The position numbers and the translations under genes are program-made. A stretch of 64,000 nucleotides of DNA from Eimeria praecox. Taxonomy: Eukaryota. Below the pieces are notes generated by a model. It saw nothing but the letters and a program-made list of their open reading frames with translations. It was not told the DNA's origin and ran no database searches. The stretch spans positions 620,001 through 684,000 of the forward strand of contig OY986947.1 of NCBI GenBank assembly GCA_963920595.1, read 5' to 3'. Of the stretch, positions 1 through 13,200 are shown in pieces. Within the stretch, counting starts at the first letter, position 1. Every line of letters starts with the position of its first letter.

Positions 1-779
1 CTGGGGGCTTTAAGTTTCTTTCTTTGCTGCTTCCCTTATAAAACAAAGGGCAAATTGATTTTATATCAAGGCAGATGGCTCTCAAGTGCAACTGCATTTG
101 CCACAACTGCACTGTTTGCTGTCGATGAATACGCTTGCTTTAGTTTCGCAGCGGAAACTGAAACTGATGCTGAAGCCGCAGACATAGTTGCTGCATTTAC
201 TGCTGAGTTAAGTGTTACTTGGTTACGCAAATGGTTTTCGAGAATACATGCCTATTTCGCTTGCCTCCTCCTGCTGGCCGTGGCCTTCGACATAGTAGTA
301 CTACTGCCCCGCCAACTCTCTGACCGCCTTGGGCCCGCCCTGCAGGCCCAAGGCGATCAGAGAGTTCCTTGAGAGTTCCGGGAGCAGGCACATGATACTT
401 AAACCATTCTGCGCATACTTTTAAAGGAGGTTCAGGATTTCCCCCCTATGATTTCAAGTGTATGATTTGGCGCTAGAGCCAGCTGAGATACAAGACTGGT
501 AAAATCACGTGTATTCCGTCTGCACGCTTGTAGAAATAGACTTCCTCGCTGAAGTAAAGGTAGTTGAGTTTAGTATATATATATATGTGTGTGTATGCAT
601 GTGTGCGTGCATGCGTATGCGTATATCTGTGTGGGTGTGCAATGCTGTTTTTCTAAGTGCAGCGGTGCTTTAGCTCACTGCGGATGCATTTCACGAATGC
701 ACCCGTCCGCTCAGATTAACTTGCTACTATTAGAGGATTGACAGGGTAAGCAGCAGTAAAGTGAGCGACAAAGGGATGG

Positions 780-1750
780 AATGTGTACCTCAAGTTAGCA
801 CTATCCAAGCGATCAACCATAAAAAGCATTGAATACCTTCAGAGCGGGGCCATAGGGTGTGTACTCACTAACGAGCATTGCTTTAGGCCAGATCTCTGGA
901 CCAGCTTTCTGTTAGAGATGCATATTAAACGCTTCGCCCTGCTACACTGGCCTGTTGTAAGGAATACACTGGGAGGTGGGCACACATGATTTGGTGGCAG
1001 TGTTTATTTACTGAAAGTCCTTTCCAGTAGGTGGAACATACAAAAGTTAAACCAGATGTGGCTTGGTATTTGTGGTGCGTGATCGTCTGAAATGCATATG
1101 AAGGTTAAATTCCAATTTTTTAGAGGTGACGCCAAAGCCACCACTGCTCATTGGGCACCGGCCAACTGGGACTGGCTCACAAGATGGAAATGCTTGTATA
1201 CGTGCTTGTACCGGTGAATTTATGAAGAGCACAACTCAGCCTGTGGGAAATTTGAAGGAATTTATTGCGTCGTGAATGCTGAGGGGCCGGCATCACAGAC
1301 CGCCGAAGCATCGGCGCACGCCGATGCAAGGATACATCGGAGAGCGACGAATCGCGGATTTCAGGCGTCTTACTGGCATAAATGCTTGAATTAATGACGA
1401 TAGACAATCACCTTATGGTGCGTTTAGCATGCTTCGAGACTATTTGAGCTTGCAAAAGCTGAACCATCGGCCCTTTGGGAAATTAGAACCGGCGGTCACC
1501 TCCTTCCGTTCGCGGGTCAATTGGTGGAAGGAGCGAAATGCAACAAAGGGTCTTCGAGAAGTATTTCGTAAAACAAGCAGTAATAAAATATTCATTTATT
1601 TCTTTAACCAGATTTGAGCGTCTACTGGAGGAAACCTTCGCCACACGTGCCACGGCGGTTTGTTGAACCACCAGTGTCGGGCAGTTCACGTTTTGTGCTC
1701 GGGCAATTCACATGATGCATCCAAATACCGCTCGGGGGGGTGCAACAAAC
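780..1750 (+). mobile_element. Possible very old Gypsy integrase-end remnant ending in a G-run followed by TGCAAC
   Basis: Faint resemblance only: CVLTNEHCFRPDLWTSFLLEMHIKRFAL (cf. ISDRDPRF..LW....F.IKRA), GDAKATTAHWAPANWDWL (cf. AD.KRR...Y..GD.VW) and CGKFE. CTCGGGGGGG-TGCAAC at ~1731-1746 resembles a polypurine tract/LTR junction. Confidence 0.3.
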
Positions 1751-2420
1751 AAACAAAATATTCGAGAGATTAATTGTTTAACTCAGCCTGAAACAATTGG
1801 ACCAACGTTCCTTTGAAACTGGAAGCTGTGCGGGCTCGTCGACTGTACAGGCTGTTGGTATTGCATTTCAGGAACGTGGTCGCCTACAGTTGCACCTCAG
1901 ATCTATTTCAACTCTATCGAATTGTGCACACCGATCGATATAAAATCTTCGGGGTGGAGTAGCGAAGCTTGTTAATCGCATTTCATATCCTTCTCTTTTC
2001 AAAGAAAACATATTGTGCTTACTTCTTGTCCAAGTCAACCTCGGCCAAAACAGTTCGGTTCCTTCCTACCTTTGGCCTGAATTCAAGTGGGAAGCTCAAG
2101 CGAAGCTTCGCTCATTTCTCTGAGTTTTTCAGTGATTTCGATTTATTTGTATTGGCTTCAAGTCGGTAGTCAATAAAGAAGGCAGTGGTCCTCTCGTCGA
2201 ATATCGGAGCTTCGCAGCACTTCACCCAGTGTTCAAGTCGAGCAACTTCTTGACAGAGCTGAAGTGTTGTCATCTATGCCCAGCTCAGTTGGGGGTAAAT
2301 CTGTTCGAACTGTTCTGGTGGCGGTTTGGAACGCCTGCGAAGTTAGATTTCCGACGTTGACGAATGCATATCACCTCACCGTGTGTTCCCTGACCCAAGG
2401 ACGGCGAACACGCTGCCAAA

Positions 2421-5377
2421 ATGGACGATAACGACAGGCAAACAAGCTGGACAACTGTTGTAAGAAGGGGCAAGGCGCAAGCAAAGGTAGCAGAGAAGGC
2501 ATCAGCAAAACCACCACAAAAGGCATCCACAACGGCGGGGAGGCGACGACCGCCGACCCAGCCCAAGTGCGGCACCACCCCGAAATCTAAGGCTGGTAGG
2601 CAGCAGCCAAAGCAGCAGCCAAAGCCTCCTCCGACGGTTTTCGCTAATGCTCCTTCAAGCGAGCAGTGGGATACCCTGTGGCCCTCTCTCTCTACTGCCC
2701 CTCCAGCTCCACTACGCAGGGGGGCAAAGATTGCGGCACCGGCACACAACCCGAAACAGGAACATCAGGGACAGCTTAATGTCCCAGAAAGAGGAGTTTT
2801 CGAGTTTACTGATGCAGGAGAAAGTCTGCCAACTGAAGCATCGGACGGAGAAAATGCAGCACCCAAACAACAGAAACCCAAGCCGAAAACTTGCACCTTC
2901 AGATGGGGAATGAAGCGACCGCAAGGAGAGCAGCACAAAGAACCCCCTGCTGCTTCTGAAGGTACGGTCGAGCAATGCCAGCCACAGCGGCAACTACGAA
3001 GCCAACAGCAGCCACAGCGTAAACCAGTGCAGCAGCTAAAGCCGCTGCGCCCGCTGCAGCAGTGGCTGAGACTGCAGCTTGTGCAGCCTTTGGACGATGA
3101 GTCATTAAATTTCCTATCAGTCAGCATAACTCCAGCAAGCTGCTGGAGTGGAAAATTGGAAGACTCTAATTTGCTTGGGATGCTTCATTACACTCCGGAA
3201 GGGACTAATGTGGGCGAGCTGATTCACGCGATGCAGTTCGTTTTGGGCATTCTGGAGAAAAGAAGACATCAAGAGGATTTCATGGAAAACATTCAATCGC
3301 TTGATCTATCAGACCCTTCCCCCACCGCAAGTGCTGAAGGTGTTGGAGAATATACACATCTCAGTGCTTTTCCAGAAGCTCCAATACCGCCAGTGGAGAC
3401 TGCTGCATATAACAGAAAGAGGCCATATCTTGGAGAACCAACAGAACGAGATTTCCCGATTAAAACCGCCAAAGATATATCACTTTGCAGGGCGGAGATG
3501 CAACGTTATCGTGCAGAGAGCGCCGAACGGGCAAACTATTTGGTCAACTTGCTGCGGGCGTTTCGACTTCTCATGGCAAGGGCAGAGAAGTTCACACGTG
3601 GCGTAGTGTATCACCGCATTAAAGTTGTTGAATACTTACTTGCGGCTGCAGTCGCAGAAAGTGGGGGAAATGAACCGGCGCCTGCAAATCTGCATGATCT
3701 GCCTCCGCAACAACTGCAGCAGCTGCGGCAACTGATGGAGCTACAGGGGCTACCTGTCTCATACTACTTCAAAAAGGCAGCGAAGTTCTCCTGCAGGCGT
3801 AGTATCAACTTTCGGGATATGCCTCAGAAGCCCTATACGCAGGACACCAGCTGTGCCACCAAGCCAACTGACGAAAAAGAGGTAACGTCTTTCGACAGCT
3901 GCATGCGTTGATGCTGTCTGTCTCAAAAACTCACCTTCATCAGACACGCCTTCGGGAGATTTTGTTACATCGTACATTCTCTTTGGTGCACAGAGAAGAC
4001 ACTGTCGAGGAGCAGCAGAGACAAAACACGCTAGCCAATGCCAATGTTGAGAACAATGCAAACAGCAGAAAGCGGCTTTGCCAGAAACAGCTCAGCGCTT
4101 CGCATGCTGAAGAACATCAGATGCCCTACCAAACCCAAAATGAAGGACGAACTGCCAGTCCTATCCATAGCCCGTTGCAGCAATTAATGAAGCACAGAAG
4201 TCCATCCACTTGTAACCCTTGCCCAGGCATTCCTCCGCCTCCGCCCCCAGAAGACAACCCCTGGTACACCCCGCCGTCCTGGCCCTGCCCGCTTGAGCGT
4301 ATGTGCCTCTTCCCAACTCCACACCTCTCTATGGAGCAGCCGTGGAAGCAAAACAGCAGCAGCGAATGCGCCTCGTCTGCTGATTCGCCTTTTCAGACCC
4401 AGTGGATCCTGCAAGAAGAGGAAAACCATGAGAGGCTTCCCTTGAATCTGCAGACGTGGCAGACATCAGACCTCCTCCCCAGCCAAATGCTGTCGCCAGG
4501 AAAGTCTAACGAGATGCCAGCAGTACTGCATAGTGATATACGCGCCTCAACAAGGCAAGAATGCCCCATGCAGTTTCAGTGGGCTACAGGCGAAACCGTC
4601 CATACAACACAGCAAGAACAGCACTGGAATGCATGCACTGGCAACCCTATCCCAAAGGAATTAGAATGGATTTGTGACGCAGAAGTGAAAAGACGTTACC
4701 TTAACAACAATACTGCGCTTCTGCAGCCCAACTGCCAGCAACAACAACCCCCAAACACGCCTGCACCAGGGATGGTTTTTTTCCCTATAACCGCCAGCGA
4801 AGACCAGCATGCAGAGAGGACGCAAGCGCTTTTTTGGCCGTTTTCCCTGAATAGGTCCTCCCTAAATCGCTCAGCTGTGGCGCCTGCGCCTGCAGAACCA
4901 TCAGGCTATGACTTGCTGCAGCAAAAACAACAGGGGCTCACCAGTAATCCCCCTGCGGATGACAGAAGAGACTGGCTTGAATGCAAGCGTATCTTCTCGC
5001 TGCCTGCGTCTTCCTCTGATAACCAAAGCGCGGACTTGTGCCAAAAGAAGGAAGTTGGCGATGCGCTGCAAGCAGAGGACCAGAAGGTGCTAGATCCCTG
5101 CACCCCCAGCTCAGATGTGCTCCAAGACAGCCCTCAAAGCCATCCCCGGCTAACGAGGCGCCGGAGGGGAAAGAAACAACAACAGCCGCAGCAACAGCAG
5201 CAACAGCCCCTTAAGCAGCACCAACACCCACACCAACAACAGCGACAGCAGCAACCAAGGCCGCATCAGCCACAAACGCGCCTGCAGAATACACAGGTGA
5301 CTAAAATTCTGCACGATTCAAACCTATATGTTGTCTATCGTCAAGTTTTAGGAAGGTTCCCCCCCAAAGAGAAATAA
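2421..5377 (+). CDS. Hypothetical protein (~964 aa), two exons 2421-3881 and 3944-5377; the 3' end may be spliced further
   Basis: The 496-aa and 489-aa ORFs are joined in frame by a phase-0 intron 3882-3943 (GAG|GTAACG...CATCAG|ACA). The ATG is preceded by AAA. A globular-looking core (PLQQWLRLQLVQP...YYFKKAAKFSCRRSINF) is flanked by P/Q/K-rich low-complexity sequence. No family recognised. Confidence 0.6.
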
Positions 5378-7253
5378 CAGGAGGAGGGGAAATAATTACA
5401 ACAACAAAACCCGCCGAGGAGGGGGCCAAATATAATCAAACCCCTAAGTGAGGATGAGGTGTTCACAAGTCCGAAACAGGAGCGAGAAGGTCATAGAGCC
5501 ATTTAAAGTTAGTTTGCCCCGGCAGTAATCACCAACCTCTGCACGGGGTGTAAAGCCACTATGAATCCAGGTATGCAGCCTAGACCCTTTTTTCCCTGAA
5601 AGCAAATCTGAAAGCAAGACCACCATTGATTTAGGCCTCTGTACCTCGACTCAGAGAGTCGGTGACAGCCGGAGAAGGTGCAACCTCGAGGGGTTCACGG
5701 AATATTTATTTCTTCGCGTGGTCGACAGCTGGAGGAAAAGAATGAGAATGCTGCACACATTTGCTGCCAGCAGCACTAGCAAGAGCTGCTACAGAAGCAG
5801 CAGCAAAGCCAGTCGCAAGCGCTGTGGTTGGAGCATTTGAATGCGTGGCTTGCTGCTCTTAATCGCCGAATGCGTGAAGCCACACAGAATCGAAAGATGA
5901 AAGGCCCAGCGAAGAAGAATAATTTTAGTCAAACCATTTGCGGATCCTGCTACAATAACAGAGGCGCCTCCGTTGCTAATTTTAGATATGGAGTCTCTTT
6001 GCAGACACCACCGCACAGCCCGGATGCAAATAGGCAAAGAGGTATCTCTCAGCCCCAAATGCTTCGGAGGTGCAAATTACAGATCAAATCTGCACTGCCC
6101 TACGATGGCACCTGCGGCTTGCCTTGGGCTGCAGAGGGAAACATTTAGACCACGTATAAATTATGAGTGCTGCTATTAGTAATAATCTAATGTGATGACA
6201 TGACGCTGTAGCTGAGGTTCTGTTGATGGCTAGCTGTGCTGGCTCCGTATTGAGCCGCCTAAGCATGCTCCTGATGCCGCTCTGCAGCGGCGGGCGAGGC
6301 GGGGGGTTGTTCCTTCCAGAAGAAACTCAACAGTGTGTAAAATCTAGGTGATAAGCATTGTGAAGCCTAGCTGGCCAGTAAAGGACTTCCAGGAGCTAGC
6401 AGGCTTCAGATCTTCTGAAGCAACGTAACACTTGCTGGCCATTCCGATACACATCGCGGGCGAGACCCATCATTCTAAGCATAAAGATTAAGTAGAAAAT
6501 AGAATGGCCAGCTTGCTGCCATTGTTGCGAGGGTCCTCGATCTTAGCTGAGAATCGTTGCGAGCTATAAAGCAGTCAAATATTTAAGAGCAGCTGCTTCC
6601 CCCAGAGCAGCTGATGAACTAACTGCCCTCCACTACCCAGGCGTCCTGGAAAGAACCGTCCAAGGATCTCATGTTGATGGTAACGAGAGGATGCAGAGTT
6701 TTTCATGCGGTGCAAAGCACTGTTTTGCAAATAATGCTGCAAAGTAGCAAAAGAGCTTTGAGTAATTCCGTTTCGGGCGGGTCCTTAAGCTCTCAGGATT
6801 TATTTAGAGTTCATTGGTCTTTCATAGCCTCATGTAGGTTCCTTATTCCCTACATTAGCTAGTTCATTTTATCGCTAAGCCGCTGCTTGTTCTCGCGTAT
6901 GGTTCCTCTTACCTTCGTAATTATATTCAGAAGCCATGAGCAGCTTCGGGGTCACGCTTGCCGACGCAGCTTTAGGCCTCAAGATTGGCATCTTCCACTT
7001 TATCTCGGGCAACTGGCTTAATGAATACTTAATAGCTGTCCAAAAGATATTCTGTACTGATTTCGTTTGGCGCGTGATCGCTAGCAGGAGGCATAACATA
7101 AGCAGAAGAACCGACTCTCTCCTCAAGCCAGTGGTCAAGTGGGGGCTTGAGGAGGAGGGCCATTTAATTGGTGGTTCAGTTTTCTCATTTGTTGTTTTTA
7201 ATTGCATAAAGTGTGATGTTCAAGCAGAAAAATACCAAATAATCCCATTGGTC

Positions 7254-7311
7254 TGCATGCGCCACGGAGCAGAAGCCTTCATGCATGCTTCCACTAGGCC
7301 AGTTGCATGCA
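7254..7311. promoter_or_regulatory. Cluster of three TGCATGC(A) motifs upstream of the CIA2 ATG
   Basis: TGCATGC at 7254 and 7282, and TGCATGCA at 7304, all within ~170 bp of the ATG at 7417. TGCATGCA is a known over-represented apicomplexan motif bound by ApiAP2 domains. A function here is inferred. Confidence 0.45.
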
Positions 7312-7416
7312 TCATCACCCCAGGCCCCGGTGGTGGTCTAACTATGCTATTTATCTTCTCGATGTGCGAAGGCAGAGGATATTTGAACAGGAAAACGCAG
7401 AAAACAATGGACGAAA

Positions 7417-7559
7417 ATGGCAGCCGAAGGGAGTAACCCAGCCCCTCAGGTTCAGCGGGTGCAAGATAACTTCGTGGGCAGTCGGTACACCGCAGACTTC
7501 TTTGCACCCTTGCGTTCGCCGAAACCCCAGTGGAGCACCTCCATGCAGACAGTGCATTC

Positions 7560-7598
<39 letters not shown>

Positions 7599-8093
7599 GC
7601 AGGCACCCGAGTTCATGCGTAGTCGCCGTTGGCTGGGCAACAAAGACCTCCGCTGGCAGCAGCAGCAAGTCAAAGAACTTCTGCTGGAGGAACGCATGCA
7701 ACTGCTGAAAGACAGCCAGCTCATGAACTTCAATTCTCTTCTCGCTGCTTACACGTACGAATACCATCCCCAGGACTACACAACTCCTCTGACAACACCA
7801 CCGACGGCTACACCTGAGCAAGCAGCAAGCGCAGCAGCCAATGGCCTAGCCTCAGCAGCAGCAGCAGATGCAGCCTCAGCAGCTGCTTCAACACTCACTC
7901 GGACGAAAGAAGCAACCCCAGCGTCCGAAGCACGAGCAGCAGCAACAACAGATGCAGCAGCAGCAGCGCCAGCTGTTCCCAACGAGCTGCTGCCAAATGG
8001 TTCAGCCTCTGTCTCCGACCGCACGAAGGTAAATGCTCGCTGTAACGACACCAGGAACGGCAACAGGGACAGAAGCAGCAGCAGCAACAACTG

Positions 8094-8131
<38 letters not shown>

Positions 8132-8803
8132 CCACAAAGCTGTCGATTGACCGAAGGCGCGCGCTGCTGTTCTCTCGCAGGGAGATTTTGACTGCACGGG
8201 TAAGCACAGATTTGCTGCAGTCTCATAGAACGCAGCAGCAGCAGCAGCAGCAACTACAGCAGCAGCAGCAGCAACTACAGCAGCAGCAGCAAGATGATTC
8301 GGACCATTGAAGCAGCAGCAGCGACTGCTCCTGCTGCTTCTGGATCTGCTGTTTCCTGTGGCAGGGGCGAGTAGTGCTGCTGCTGATGCTGCTGCAGCTG
8401 TGCTGCTGAAGCAACAACAGCTGCAGCAGTAGATGTCGCTGTAGTTGCTGCAACTTCATTTGTTATTGTTGCCTTTGTTGTGTGATGATGATGTAGGAGG
8501 TGTATGCAGCAGTGAGGTGTATAACTGACCCTGAGCATCCATACACCCTAGAAGAACTGATGGTGGTGCTTCCTGAATACGTTAAAGTGCTGTGTGCTTG
8601 CTGCAACGGCAGCAGCAGCGATAGCAGCAAGTGCTGCTGCATGCAGCAGCAGCTGCAGCAGCAGCAGCACCAACATCAGCAGCTACAGCATTGGCACAGG
8701 CTGAGGGATCTACGTGTGGAAATCAATTTCCGCCCAACAATACCTCACTGCTCTCAGGCGAGGCGTCACTCTCTGTCTTGTTGCTGCTGTTGTTGCTCTG
8801 GCG

Positions 8804-8834
<31 letters not shown>

Positions 8835-8920
8835 TCTGTACACCTCAGGACCACCCTGTGTGTGTTCTTGAATGCCATCTGGGCTTTGATTAGGGATCAG
8901 AACTAAATGCTTGCTGCTTT

Positions 8921-8952
<32 letters not shown>

Positions 8953-8998
8953 GTTTGGCTACTACATCTGCTGCTGCAGGTGCTTTTGCTTGTTCACG

Positions 8999-9034
<36 letters not shown>

Positions 9035-9577
9035 GCTTGCTGCTGCTTCATGTGCTCCTTCCGCTCCTGCTGCTTCACGGGCTGCTGCTGCTGCTACTGT
9101 TGGGTTTGCAGGCAACGTTAATTGGCTTGCTGCTGCTAGTGAAGGCGCAGCGCGCAGCAGCAGCAGCAGCAACAACAGCAACAGGAGCTGTGGAGGTTTC
9201 AATTATTCCTGGCTCTCACGCCTCCTACGCCTCCATTAATAAACAGTTAGGTGACAAGGAAAGGGTTAGAGCAGCATCAGCCAACCCTTCTCTCAAGCAA
9301 ATGATAGACAGCGGTAAATACAAACCCTAAACCCTAAACCCTAAACCCTAAACCCTAAACCCGAACGCCTGTACCAGCAAACCCTCTACCCTGTTCTACC
9401 TTCTACCTGCTGGCAACACCTAAACCTAAACCTTAGGCTTTCAAAAATTATTAACTGAAGCATAAACCATGAAACGTAAATGATTGAAGTGGTGTTGTAA
9501 CAATGGTGGGGTTGCTGCGTTCAGGGTTGAAGGATACAGAGATCTGGGCAGACGTAAAAGACCTCTTGTGTTGCTGA
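7417..9577 (+). CDS. CIA2: CIA2/MIP18/FAM96 family cytosolic Fe-S assembly component (~432 aa); exons 7417-8199, 8497-8757, 9112-9313, 9525-9577
   Basis: Spliced translation gives EILTAR|EVYAAVRCITDPEHPYTLEELMVV...INFRPTIPHCSQ|ATLIGLLLLVK...VEVSIIPGSHASYASINKQLGDKERVRAA. This matches the FAM96B hallmarks DPEHPxTLEEL, PTIPHCS-ATLIGL and NKQLxDKERV. The N-terminal NPAP resembles the NANP motif. All exon phases are consistent. Confidence 0.93.
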
Positions 9578-9845
9578 TCGCTAGCTAGCTAGCTAGCTAG
9601 CTAGCTAGCTAGCTGTTGTCACCGCTAGCTGCATACTGTGGCTAGCTGTGGCTAGCTGGGTAGGCTTCCCGTGACAGGCTTCGGGTGGCTAACAACGCCG
9701 TGTCTGTAGCTAACTGTTTTCAAAGCTAGCTGAGCAGGCCGATCTCCCAGCTAGCTAGCCTTCGCAGCTAGCTTCTGGGGCTGCGTGTTCACCTAGCTGG
9801 CTAGCTAGCTAGTTAGCTGTCGGAGTAGCTAGCTAGCTAGCTGGG
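9578..9845. repeat. (GCTA)n / AGCT-CTAG palindromic tetranucleotide-rich patch
   Basis: gctagctagctagct... runs at ~9580-9614 and ~9790-9843, with interspersed gctagc copies, directly after the CIA2 stop. Confidence 0.85.
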
Positions 9846-10299
9846 TGGCGAATGATCTGTTTTTCGAGTGTATTTTGGCGCTTTAGAACAAACGAAGGCT
9901 TTCCTTCAGCTATTCGTTCAACTTTTTGAAGAAGGAATATTCCAGAATATATTTACAGTATATTCTCGTTGAAAAACTTACATCATACTATGATCAATGA
10001 GAATTTCATGATACGTTCAGTAGGAAACAGAATCTGCAGCCAATATTTATTTATTTTCATTTTACATGCATGCAGCTTCAGGCATATTGAATTTGTTGTA
10101 TGGGCACGCATACAGGCATTCATCCTACAGTACGCAAACGTATATACTATATATTATTAATACAAACATACATATTTATACACACTGTTACTTGTATTCA
10201 CGGATATCGTACATGCATGAATAGATGGAGGCAAGATGTTATACGAGTTGGGAAGTGGCCATACGTTTATGGGGGGAGGAGGGAGGAAAGTAGTAATAT

Positions 10300-13200
10300 G
10301 AAATCTTTGGGTTTGGTCTTGTTGCCTCTTTTGCTTCTGTAACAGAAAGCATTTTGCAAACAGAGAACTTTAGACACCGCATTATCCCCTTCTTCTATTC
10401 AGTAGAGTTGATTATAATCTGCCGACTGGCGTTGAGAAGACCAAAGGCTGACGACCTCTTCGTATTAGAACGAACACAGCATCTATCTACATTGTATCCA
10501 ACAGAAGATGCATGCACAGAGAAAACAATTCATGAAGAATGCCTCGGCCTCCGCTGATCGTCCATGAATGACTGGGGGGACGATGCAGAGGCAGTGGTGG
10601 AGGCGCTTGCATCGAGCTCATTCCCTGGCCAGCACCAATCGCTGTTCCAAGGTAAGGGAGTCCCCCACTTCTTAAACAGGGGACAGAGCTACAACCAAAC
10701 GAAGGACTTCCAAGAAGCAAGAAGGTTCAACCGTCAACTAGCGCCTATGAACGTAATCAGATGGTGGCCAGTGAAACGATGGGAGGTGGCACATGCATGT
10801 TGTTGACTTCAAGCCCCTCAATAAAATCGCGCTGGAAAAGAATTTCCCGAAGCTCTCGACCGGCGTACAACTAGATGGCTTGCAGCGGGTAGCAGGCTAT
10901 GCATCATTTGACTTCGCTGAAGCGTTTGGCAACCCTCATTACATCGTGAAAATACATAGAAGACTATATTCCGTACGAGCTTTCTTGAGCTAGAGTACAC
11001 GTGTATGCCATTGGGGCTCGTGAATGCACGCACAGAATTCCATCCCAAGGCCAATCAAGGCATCGTGCAGCCGTTCAATAAGGGATGAATCGTTATGCCC
11101 CTGGACGAATATGTTTGCGTTCAGCCGCAATGTGTGGGGGCAGTCGTAGCAACTGCAGAATGCATAGCAACTACTACGTGAGAAGCATTGTTAATGAAGG
11201 CACAAAAAGTTCATTCTTCGTGAAAAATATTAGCTTCGTATGATTTTGTTTCTCTGCAACACGAGTTGACCGAGATCCAGCAACCATCTGGAAGTTACTG
11301 CTTCCCCTGTTTTACGGGCTTCGGAAGTTCCTCGCTGCCTCACCGTACTACCATACGCCATTCATGTATTCTCTCTGCCATATGGCAGCCCCTCAGATGA
11401 ATCTTATGTAAAAGAACAAGCAACATACTGGCAGAAGAGGGAGCCGCCAGAAATCTCATCACACCCCTGAGATCGGCTTTAAGACTCGCGCTACCTGATT
11501 TCGATAAACACTTTCCTAACCCGATGAAAGTGACAGCGCAGTCACTTTTATGCCTTCCAAAGAAGATAGCGTTCCCAAGAGCTAAAGCGTTGTTTGTTAC
11601 TTACACAATTTTACGGAAAGATAATGGAAACATTCACTACTCGTAAGAGAGGTTTATGCATTCTGGTGCGGAATGGAGAAGCGGCAACAGTACTTGTATG
11701 GCAGGTATTTCATTATTCAATCCGATCAACTACTGGCACACACGGCGAATATTTTAAAGGATTTGGTAATGGAAGAGCTGTTCGGGTGGCTCTGCCGGCC
11801 CACGCAGTGCATCTGTGCAGTGCCAAGGGTATCATCACCGTGACCACAAACGTACACTTCCAACACCCTATCGGTTAGGTGATGTGTTTCTGCTGCTGCC
11901 TGTACCTGCAGTGATGCCAGTTGCCCTTTTCAATTACGTTCTTCTTGCTCCGCAGATACTTACATGCTCCTGCGGCCCGGGCAAACCTCAACAACTAGTG
12001 AAGGATTAAGCACTACAGAACCAATGGCGAACTCTTGCAGTACCAAGCAAAAAGTGAGCTCCGGCGACTACATCTTTCAGCTTCGCTTCGTGCACTTTTG
12101 CGCAAAATGCAAGGCCATGCGGCAGAAGGCCCGGTTCACCGGTTCAGGCCAACACAGCAGTGGAGTTAGCTGCTCAGTTCTTTTGCTGGCCTCTTGTGAG
12201 CGCCCAACAAAGGAATATACCCTCGCTTTTTCGGAATTCCAGCAGCAAGAACCGCTGGCAACTTTCAAACCTAGCCCGTCCTGTTGCCTAGAGAAACTGA
12301 CCGGCAATATCAATGGATTCGACGTCGGATTCACCACCTGGCAGGCTGTAATAGCATGCGCACGGTTGTGGATACACTCCGCAAGTATGCCCAGCTCCTC
12401 ACCACTTCGATTTCGGCTACAGCACAGGGAGCAGCCCACTTATTAATTGATCGCATGTGGAAGCTCCACAGTTTTTTCAAATGCATTATTATTGATAGCC
12501 CCCGGATGATCGCCGGCGAACTCACAAAGTAGCTCAGCATCTGCCATAACATGGCTACCACGAGCCATCCTGAAGTAGACAGTCAAACTGAACGGATTAG
12601 CTGCGTCTCCGTGCAGTAGTATCTGAGATATTTGCGACTCTCTATCCAACAAAGTGGCTAATATTTCTTCCCATGTGCGCAACTGGTTTATAATAGAACC
12701 GTTCACTCTTCGATCCGTTTTTCAACAGTGTTTGCTATTCGGTAACACTTTTGTTTGATCAGACGTTCAACCGTGTTGTTCAAAGCCACCGCGATACGGT
12801 CGCAGCTGCGGAGCTCCATGCGCAGCTTGCAGCAGCACGGGAATGCATAAAGAAAGCACAATACAAGTAGACCAACTATGACAAAAGGCGCCCAGCGCTT
12901 CCTCTTAATGCTGATGACTTGGTTATAGTGGGATTGCATACTCGCTAAAGCGCGCAGGAGGGCCTGCATCGAAAGATTTTCATCGTGAAACGAATAGGGC
13001 CCTCCGCTCTTCATTCTCAGCTTAGATCGTTGACTACATCGTTGAATTTCCCCAACACGGAAATTTCCTTATGTCATTAATGCCAGTTCTCCTAAGCAGA
13101 TTAGGAAATCGCTTGTATTGTGTCAAACTGCCCCAGCAAAGTACCTGCAATCTACTTTGCGACAGGGAGCAGCCAGGAGAGAGTAGCATCTTAGACACAT

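Noticed and set aside
3882..3943. TGATG stop/start overlap between the 496-aa and 489-aa ORFs, suggesting translational coupling or a gag-pol-like frameshift
   Set aside because: A canonical phase-0 GT-AG intron (3882-3943) removes the overlap and fuses the ORFs in frame. Neither ORF has retroelement motifs.
5730..6148. Possible extra exon or small gene (QELLQKQQQSQSQALWLEHLNAW...)
   Set aside because: There is an in-frame TAG just upstream, no ATG start for the ORF, and no confident splice link to the upstream gene. Not supportable.
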